The notes beneath the pieces are model-generated. The model saw only the letters and a program-made list of their open reading frames with translations. It was not told where the DNA came from and did not search any database. The translations under genes were made by a program, and so were the position numbers. Below, piece after piece: positions 9,779 through 15,121 of a stretch of 53,368 bases of DNA. This stretch comes from a virus (Duplodnaviria > Caudoviricetes). Each line of letters starts with the position of its first letter. The first letter of the stretch is position 1. The DNA is taken from the IMG/VR virus record IMGVR_UViG_3300030388_000656, positions 1-53,368 of that record. One strand, written 5' to 3'.

Positions 9779-10015
9779 TCAACTTTTCTTTATCCAGTCT
9801 ATTTCAAACTTAAGATGATTAATCGCTTTTTCAATATCTTCGATATGCTTTGCCTTGTTATTCATTCCTTCTTCTGTCTTCTTGCCACAGCGTAATAAAT
9901 AGCTGGTTGCAGTTCCTACATTGTATGACAAGCTCCAGTCTTCAATGACCTTCCTTGCTTCATAGCCATACACTTTCCCTATATAATAGGATGGTACATC
10001 AATTTTCTCACTCAT
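9779..10015 (-). CDS. DUF3310 (SaV-like) protein
   Basis: PSYY...EARKVI...YNVGTATSYLLRCGKK...EDIEKAINHL. Confidence 0.75.
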   Translation of the reverse strand: MSEKIDVPSYYIGKVYGYEARKVIEDWSLSYNVGTATSYLLRCGKKTEEGMNNKAKHIEDIEKAINHLKFEIDWIKKS

Positions 10016-10224
10016 TTCTTTTTAAATCTAAATTGTGACATATCATTATTGATTGTCATCGGCTTTCTGTATAACGGAATAAGAGAGGTAAACTTGTCGT
10101 TATCCTCTCTCCTTCCACTATTCTTAAAATAATCATCAAACTCAATTACATTACTCCTGTAGTTGTCTTCGAATTCTTTTAGTCTTTTGTACTCTTCTAT
10201 AAATTCTCTGGTATCTGGACTCAT
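10012..10224 (-). CDS. Hypothetical protein
   Basis: 70 aa ORF with ATGA overlaps on both sides. Confidence 0.65.
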   Translation of the reverse strand: MSPDTREFIEEYKRLKEFEDNYRSNVIEFDDYFKNSGRREDNDKFTSLIPLYRKPMTINNDMSQFRFKKK

Positions 10225-10823
10225 TCGACAATGATGTGTCTTTTACTCTCTTCTCTGATGTATTTTTTAGCTTCAACTAATGAAGTACCTAAAAACTCCA
10301 TACCCCACCAGTCGCAGTAGTATCCTATTCCACCATCGTAGTTTGGATGCTCATCTAATAACTTAGATAGATGGTATGTTTTCTTCTTATAAGTGTATTC
10401 AATTTCTTCATCAAAGTTTGGTTCATCGTATTCATCGTGCATAATCTGTTCTCCATTTTCATACTCCATCTCTCCTCCCCAGCCATTTTCTTCTTCCCAA
10501 TGGTAAATGAAGTCTGGAAAGTCCTTACTAAATAATTCAATGATGTTCATTCCAATACAGCTCCATGCTGAAGAGAAATTAATAGATCCCTCGTTTATGT
10601 CTATTTCGATGTCGTAACATCCCCATTTTGTATTCCAGTTATGAAGTCTCCATTCATACCATTTATGGTCTGCATCTCCCTTGTTTATCTCTGGAAGATA
10701 GTGTCTACATAAAGCTACTGGTTCTTCAGAATTCAATGTACTTTCCCAGTACTTTAGAATGTCTCTTTGTTTAGTGGTCATATCGTTACCGATTTGGATT
10801 CCACTCATTACATGATTTGGCAT
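10221..10823 (-). CDS. Api92/YubB-like ferredoxin-like domain protein
   Basis: MPNH start, WYEWRLHNWNTKW, FSSAW, WEEE..WGG motifs. Confidence 0.65.
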   Translation of the reverse strand: MPNHVMSGIQIGNDMTTKQRDILKYWESTLNSEEPVALCRHYLPEINKGDADHKWYEWRLHNWNTKWGCYDIEIDINEGSINFSSAWSCIGMNIIELFSKDFPDFIYHWEEENGWGGEMEYENGEQIMHDEYDEPNFDEEIEYTYKKKTYHLSKLLDEHPNYDGGIGYYCDWWGMEFLGTSLVEAKKYIREESKRHIIVE

Positions 10824-10842
10824 AATAGTTTTTGATTTTATT

Positions 10843-10895
10843 TATACTGACTACCTTTCGGTAGTTTCGGATACTGAATCCATCATCAGAGTATA
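10843..10895 (-). ncRNA. Type I hammerhead ribozyme HHR-1
   Basis: - strand RNA: UAUACU CUGAUGA U GGAU-UCAGU-AUCC GAA A CUACC-GAAA-GGUAG U C ^ AGUAUA. Full catalytic core, three perfectly paired stems, GUC cleavage triplet (cut between 10849 and 10848). Confidence 0.93.
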
Positions 10896-10896
10896 T

Positions 10897-11175
10897 TTAC
10901 AAGTGTCCTCCATACCCATTGGGAAGTTGGAATCTCCACTCGCTGTCGCTTTCTGGTTCGTTCATTCCTTCGTGGTCATGAACCCCACTACCAAACACAA
11001 TCTCAGTTTGGTTAATTAAATTATCTAAGACATCTACCCAGCTGTCTTCTATACTCATTAGGTAATCTGAAACATCTTCTTCTTTGATGTTCTCTGGTAG
11101 CTCTACCTCAATCTCGGTGTATTTATGATACACACTTCTCTGTTGTATTGTTACTGAATTTTTAGCCATTTCCAT
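10897..11175 (-). CDS. Hypothetical acidic early protein
   Basis: 92 aa ORF; stop codon ends 1 nt before HHR-1. Confidence 0.7.
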   Translation of the reverse strand: MEMAKNSVTIQQRSVYHKYTEIEVELPENIKEEDVSDYLMSIEDSWVDVLDNLINQTEIVFGSGVHDHEGMNEPESDSEWRFQLPNGYGGHL

Positions 11176-11390
11176 AGTTTTTCGGTTAAACTTAATTTAG
11201 GTACACAACCATATGATTCAAAGATTACATCCAGACTATTTATTTCTAATTCAATAAAGTGTTCTGAGTGTGGTGTGAAATCAAATGCTCCTGTTGTTGC
11301 GTTGTACTCTACTGCTTGCTCATCATACTTGTGATGGCACATCTCTTCAGCTATGTAGCGTTTGAGATTTTGTAATTCTACTTCATCCAT
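11151..11390 (-). CDS. Hypothetical early protein
   Basis: 79 aa ORF downstream of the promoter at 11431-11462. Confidence 0.65.
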   Translation of the reverse strand: MDEVELQNLKRYIAEEMCHHKYDEQAVEYNATTGAFDFTPHSEHFIELEINSLDVIFESYGCVPKLSLTEKLWKWLKIQ

Positions 11391-11430
11391 GTTGTTTAAT
11401 TTAATTTAATTAATAGTTATTTTATGTTCA

Positions 11431-11462
11431 CAAAAGTATTAAATACTTAGCTTAAATCCAAA
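11431..11462 (-). promoter_or_regulatory. Bacteroidota consensus promoter
   Basis: - strand TTTG-N20-TACTTTTG, a perfect -33/-7 match. Confidence 0.75.
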
Positions 11463-11654
11463 TTATACTCCGTAAATTAATTTGAGTAATATCCACAGGA
11501 GGTAAGACACTATAAGAAGGAAAACAGATGCTCCCAGTCCAAATACTAATGCCTCCAGTAGGAACTTAGATGGGTTCTTCTGGATTCTTTCCCAGTCAGT
11601 ATCCTCCTTGTAGTTGTCGTACTTCTTGTCGATTTTGTTTATTCTATCTTTCAT
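11463..11654 (-). CDS. Small membrane protein
   Basis: Long hydrophobic C-terminal segment. Confidence 0.6.
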   Translation of the reverse strand: MKDRINKIDKKYDNYKEDTDWERIQKNPSKFLLEALVFGLGASVFLLIVSYLLWILLKLIYGV

Positions 11655-11878
11655 AATCCTTGTCTTTTCTCATCAGCTAAGTCTTCTAAATAAGACTCAT
11701 GCCTGTTGACATTATACTCATCTTCATCAATGATTTCGCACTCATCTTTGCACTCATCACAGATGTAGCATCCTTCTACCTCTTCGTTCTCTTCAAACTC
11801 TTCGTATCCAGCTCCACAGCAAGTACTAACTTCCTCTGAGTAATCTGGAGAGGCTAATTTCCAATTGTCGTAATTCAT
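11651..11878 (-). CDS. Acidic zinc-ribbon-like protein
   Basis: STCCGA...CYICDECKDEC. Confidence 0.6.
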   Translation of the reverse strand: MNYDNWKLASPDYSEEVSTCCGAGYEEFEENEEVEGCYICDECKDECEIIDEDEYNVNRHESYLEDLADEKRQGL

Positions 11879-11888
11879 ATCTATTTAT

Positions 11889-12020
11889 TTATTTGTACCA
11901 ACCATAGGTCGGTAGTTTCTTGCATTGTCTTGTACTACTGCAAGAGATTAATGATAACAGCACAACCAAACAATATGTGTATGCCATGAGTTTTAAAAAT
12001 ACCTTTGTTGAGTTTTTCAT
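11889..12020 (-). CDS. 43 aa putative lipoprotein (missing from the ORF track)
   Basis: MKNSTKVFLKLMAYTYCLVVLLSLISC-SSTRQCKKLPTYGWYK; lipobox LISC; fills the intergenic gap exactly. Confidence 0.6.
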   Translation of the reverse strand: MKNSTKVFLKLMAYTYCLVVLLSLISCSSTRQCKKLPTYGWYK

Positions 12021-12022
12021 AT

Positions 12023-12325
12023 CTAAAATGGAAGTTCGTTAAAGCTATTTTCTATCTGGTCTGAATACCTTTTGAATATTTCATTCCAGTCAATACACTT
12101 GATATCTTCATACTCAAATTGCTCGCTGTCTACCAGTGACATGAATTCCGTTAAAGGATTGTCAAAGTTAGACTTATTGTCCAGAATAACACATAGTCTG
12201 TAAGTCTGTACATTTTTGTAGCCATAGAACTTCTCTTCTATGTCGTTCTTTTCTTTGGTAAGGTTCTCTACCAGTTCTTTGTACTTATTGATGTCTTCAA
12301 TAAGGTTCTTTGCAGTTAAATCCAT
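12023..12325 (-). CDS. Hypothetical protein with N-terminal coiled coil and C-terminal ELPF
   Basis: 100 aa ORF. Confidence 0.65.
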   Translation of the reverse strand: MDLTAKNLIEDINKYKELVENLTKEKNDIEEKFYGYKNVQTYRLCVILDNKSNFDNPLTEFMSLVDSEQFEYEDIKCIDWNEIFKRYSDQIENSFNELPF

Positions 12326-12346
12326 AGATCTATTTATTTAGGTTTT

Positions 12347-12394
12347 GAGGAACATCCCTCTACCACGAAATCCCCACTAATTTCTTAGTGAGGC
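12347..12394 (-). ncRNA. Unrecognised two-hairpin structured motif, copy B1
   Basis: - strand G CCUCACUAA-GAAA-UUAGUGGGG AUUUCGUGGUA GAGGG-AUGU-UCCUC; covaries with the copy at 13390-13436. Confidence 0.6.
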
Positions 12395-12395
12395 A

Positions 12396-12435
12396 TGGGT
12401 ACGTTATCGTATCCTTCTGGGTACGTTATCGTATC
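12396..12435. repeat. 18 bp perfect direct repeat x2 (22 bp period)
   Basis: tgggtacgttatcgtatc at 12396-12413 and 12418-12435. Confidence 0.9.
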
Positions 12436-12659
12436 TATTTTACTGGTTTCCTTCCTACATGATTGAAAAGGATGTAAAGACTATCTGTCTTATGCTGGTA
12501 CTCATTGTAGGTCTTTTGCAACTCGTAGTCAATTCGTTCTCTCTCCATTAATTGTAGCGTTGAGAATTTATATGAACTACATGATTGTAGTAAAAATGAT
12601 ACAGCCAGAACTACAAATGCATATCGCATGTAGTAAGTGAAAATTGTTTTTAAACTCAT
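12435..12659 (-). CDS. Putative lipoprotein
   Basis: Hydrophobic signal ending LLQSC, followed by SS. Confidence 0.6.
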   Translation of the reverse strand: MSLKTIFTYYMRYAFVVLAVSFLLQSCSSYKFSTLQLMERERIDYELQKTYNEYQHKTDSLYILFNHVGRKPVK

Positions 12660-12660
12660 C

Positions 12661-13008
12661 TTAGTTGTTTGTATTAGTTATTATTGCTTGCTCTTCTTCT
12701 GTATACTCTTGGATGTCTACCAGTTTACCATCTATCTCTTCGTACTGGATATCTTCATCCTCTACCCAGTCTGTCCAGTAATAAATCTCATCGTTGTAAG
12801 CCCATTCCATTAATTCTTCATCAGTCATCTTGCTTGGGTACAGCTGGTTTCCATCTTCATCCTCTGCTGTAAAATCTTGACCTCTCAAGGTGTCAATTAA
12901 GTCCTTGTCATTTGCAATATACTCGTGGTCGTTGTACAGGTAACCTTCGTTCATACCCTCTCCAGTTATACCACATTGTCTTGCCCAAAAAATTCTTTCT
13001 TTACTCAT
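12661..13008 (-). CDS. Hypothetical acidic early protein
   Basis: Start moved to ATG 13008 (MSKERIFW) because the track start at 13080 lies inside HHR-2. Confidence 0.7.
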   Translation of the reverse strand: MSKERIFWARQCGITGEGMNEGYLYNDHEYIANDKDLIDTLRGQDFTAEDEDGNQLYPSKMTDEELMEWAYNDEIYYWTDWVEDEDIQYEEIDGKLVDIQEYTEEEQAIITNTNN

Positions 13009-13036
13009 CTTATTTGAATTAGTTTGTATCATTATT

Positions 13037-13089
13037 GATAGTGACTGCCAGCTGGCAGTTTCGGATATTAAATCCATCATCAGACTATC
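13037..13089 (-). ncRNA. Type I hammerhead ribozyme HHR-2
   Basis: - strand RNA: GAUAGU CUGAUGA U GGAU-UUAAU-AUCC GAA A CUGCC-AGCU-GGCAG U C ^ ACUAUC. Full core with compensatory changes relative to HHR-1; cut between 13043 and 13042. Confidence 0.93.
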
Positions 13090-13372
13090 TGCTTCCCTCC
13101 ATGCAGTCTTTAAACATTATCCAGTCAGATACTTTCATGTCTTCAAATATCACATGTCCAAGCACGCTTACTAACTCCTCTTTCATTGTAGTTTGTGCCA
13201 TGATTAATCTAAGTTTTGGATAGTAGATACCTCCCATTTCATATGAGATTTTCTCTTCATCTTCTGGAGTTAATGTGTCTTTGATTCTGATACAATTCAT
13301 CTCTCTCTGAATTAACTCATTTCTGAAATCGTGCTTTAACATCTGTACTTGGTTTAAAATCTTTGCGTTCAT
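13085..13372 (-). CDS. Hypothetical early protein
   Basis: 95 aa ORF; its TAG stop lies within stem I of HHR-2. Confidence 0.7.
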   Translation of the reverse strand: MNAKILNQVQMLKHDFRNELIQREMNCIRIKDTLTPEDEEKISYEMGGIYYPKLRLIMAQTTMKEELVSVLGHVIFEDMKVSDWIMFKDCMEGSR

Positions 13373-13389
13373 GTCTTTAATTTTAGTTT

Positions 13390-13436
13390 AGGAATAGTCC
13401 TGTACCACGAAATCCTCGCATATTTCTATGCAAGGC
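13390..13436 (-). ncRNA. Unrecognised two-hairpin structured motif, copy B2
   Basis: - strand G CCUUGCAUA-GAAA-UAUGCGAGG AUUUCGUGGUA C AGGA-CUAU-UCCU. Confidence 0.6.
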
Positions 13437-13455
13437 TTTCTCTGGAGAGGGGTTT

Positions 13456-13752
13456 CTACGATATTCTCGGCACAACAGCATCATCATCTGGGTTGTTTGC
13501 ACTTTCATATATACCTATGAAGTCATGCACTACATCCGTTAACCTGTGCTTACTGAGTCTATTCATTCCGTATTTTGTTACTTCCTCTACCCATTCTTGA
13601 TTGGTTTCTACTACTTGTTTGAGCATGTCTCTTACTGGCTTATTCTCTTGCTTAGAGATTTCTAACATCCAGTTCATAGGCATGAGAATATCTAATCTCA
13701 TTACTAATTCTTGTCTCTTTTGTTGTGCTAAAATTTGATTGGAAATATGCAT
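13456..13752 (-). CDS. Hypothetical early protein
   Basis: 98 aa ORF. Confidence 0.65.
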   Translation of the reverse strand: MHISNQILAQQKRQELVMRLDILMPMNWMLEISKQENKPVRDMLKQVVETNQEWVEEVTKYGMNRLSKHRLTDVVHDFIGIYESANNPDDDAVVPRIS

Positions 13753-13772
13753 GGTGTTTTTGGTTTATTAGA

Positions 13773-14033
13773 TTAGTATAATTCTGATTTCTCGATGTTC
13801 TTGATTTCGTATTTTGGTAGCTCTTCGCAGTACTCTGAGTACTTGTTAAATGAATGCTCACACTTTCTGTCGATTTGTCTCAACTCCTTAGAATCGTATT
13901 CACATACGTTCTCATCTAAGTTGTCATAGACTAAGTCTCTGGTGTTATTGAATGCGTTGTGCTTTACCAACCAGTTAACTGCCTTAGTTACCAGTGGCTG
14001 ATTTTTAGACTTGATAGCTGTAAATTTACTCAT
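13773..14033 (-). CDS. Hypothetical protein, first gene of the early operon
   Basis: 86 aa ORF about 40 bp downstream of a -7 box. Confidence 0.7.
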   Translation of the reverse strand: MSKFTAIKSKNQPLVTKAVNWLVKHNAFNNTRDLVYDNLDENVCEYDSKELRQIDRKCEHSFNKYSEYCEELPKYEIKNIEKSELY

Positions 14034-14073
14034 GATTTATTAGGATTAGATTAATACTTGTTTATTATATGTG

Positions 14074-14081
14074 CAAATATA
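14074..14081 (-). promoter_or_regulatory. Bacteroidota -7 box for the early operon
   Basis: - strand TATATTTG. Confidence 0.65.
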
Positions 14082-14129
14082 GTTTAATTAATCTATATAT
14101 CTACTATGATTCTCACTTAATCTATTGTT

Positions 14130-14530
14130 CCAGTATCAAATCATGTTCACTTCTGGTGTGCATCAAGGGTTTATCTGGGGTAAAACTTATTGTTTTGTTT
14201 ATGTATTCTGGGGTTCGATGGGGTATTAAGAGAGACTTCTCTCTCTCTATATTAGAGTTATATGCTCTCCAGTACAGCACAATACACACTTATCTGGGGG
14301 AAAGGTGTGGAATCTGGTGCTTATATCGTGGTATGCTGGAGCTACAGCGTAACGTGGAACGGATGAGAGGTTGTGGTGCTGGTGCTGGGGCTGGGGGGGT
14401 GTGACTGGCAGGTCAGAAAAAGACGAAAGGTCTGCTCTGGGATTTTCAAAATCGATAAGGGGGGGTTCGATTTTTTTCTCGTTTGGTAAACGCAGTATGG
14501 AACGTATTCTGGGGGGGAATGCTCAACCCC
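14130..14530. other. Non-coding G-rich/CTGG-rich region between the divergent arms (candidate genome end or packaging region)
   Basis: 12 CTGG + 2 CCAG, three G7 runs, inverted repeat aaaatcga...tcgatttt (14448-14474). Confidence 0.5.
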
Positions 14531-14552
14531 TATACATCTAAAAAAATTTTAT

Positions 14553-14560
14553 TATCTTTG
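14553..14560 (+). promoter_or_regulatory. -7 box TATCTTTG
   Basis: Exact TAnnTTTG upstream of ATG 14597. Confidence 0.7.
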
Positions 14561-14596
14561 TCAAATAAACAGCAGTTAAAAATAAAAATATATATC

Positions 14597-14818
14597 ATGG
14601 CTAAAAAGAAAAGTACAACCTCGGATTACGTTAACGGTCTTTATGTAAAAGATGGTAGGTTAATTAATGATAGACCTGATGGTGAAACAGGAATCGCACA
14701 GGCATCTCGTCTAAGACAAGAGATGAAAAAACAATATAAAATAGATTCCATCGCTGATGGTATAGAGCGTGCTGAGATGCGAAAAGATATGAAAGCGAAG
14801 TTCGGCTTCGGCTTTTAA
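14597..14818 (+). CDS. Hypothetical 73 aa protein (MAKKKSTT...)
   Basis: Start moved to ATG 14597, after the promoter; followed by a terminator. Confidence 0.7.
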   Translation: MAKKKSTTSDYVNGLYVKDGRLINDRPDGETGIAQASRLRQEMKKQYKIDSIADGIERAEMRKDMKAKFGFGF

Positions 14819-14841
14819 GATTTCCAATTGTTGTTTTGTAG

Positions 14842-14875
14842 AAAGAGTTGAGCTTAGGTTTGACTCTTTTTTTTT
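14842..14875 (+). terminator. Intrinsic terminator
   Basis: agagttgagc-ttag-gtttgactct followed by a T tract. Confidence 0.75.
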
Positions 14876-14966
14876 GATCTATGTTATAAGCCGACACAAC
14901 TGTGTTGAACTCTGTGTTATACTTATCTCTTCTAACTTACTGATTCTTATCTCTTTCTATTTATTT

Positions 14967-15070
14967 ATGTTGAAGTGTTAATCTTTTTCTAAATTTAAGA
15001 AAAGAAAATTAAATATATATATAGTTAGTCTATAGTAGTCTAAACCAAAAAAACATTAACATACTAACAT
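14967..15070. promoter_or_regulatory. Origin-like element copy B
   Basis: Arms atgttgaagtgttaa (14967-14981) and ttaacatactaacat (15056-15070), 74 bp spacer with atatatatatagt at the same offset as in copy A. Confidence 0.55.
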
Positions 15071-15093
15071 CACTCTTATAAGTTATATTTTTG

Positions 15094-15101
15094 TATCTTT
15101 G
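15094..15101 (+). promoter_or_regulatory. -7 box TATCTTTG for groEL
   Basis: Exact match 20 bp before the ATG. Confidence 0.7.
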
Positions 15102-15121
15102 TAAAAATTAAATCTACTATA

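Noticed and set aside
11640-11680. CUGAUGA...GAAA on the - strand as a third hammerhead
   Set aside because: Lies in coding sequence (ADEKRQGL); no stem II or stem III can form
12396-12435. Direct repeat as a mini-CRISPR array
   Set aside because: Only 18 bp, two copies and a 4 bp spacer
13009-13080. Track start of ORF 12661-13080 (MMDLISETASWQ...)
   Set aside because: The extension is just translation through HHR-2; ATG 13008 has the usual A-rich leader
13652-13861. 69 aa - strand ORF
   Set aside because: Alternative frame overlapping two better-supported genes
14069-14596. + strand ORF 14069-14404 and the 5' extension of 14483-14818
   Set aside because: They arise from the G-rich, stop-poor island; atypical composition; the promoter at 14553 supports a start at 14597
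14880-14920. gttataagccg as a possible twister ribozyme fragment
   Set aside because: Could not build the required stems and pseudoknots
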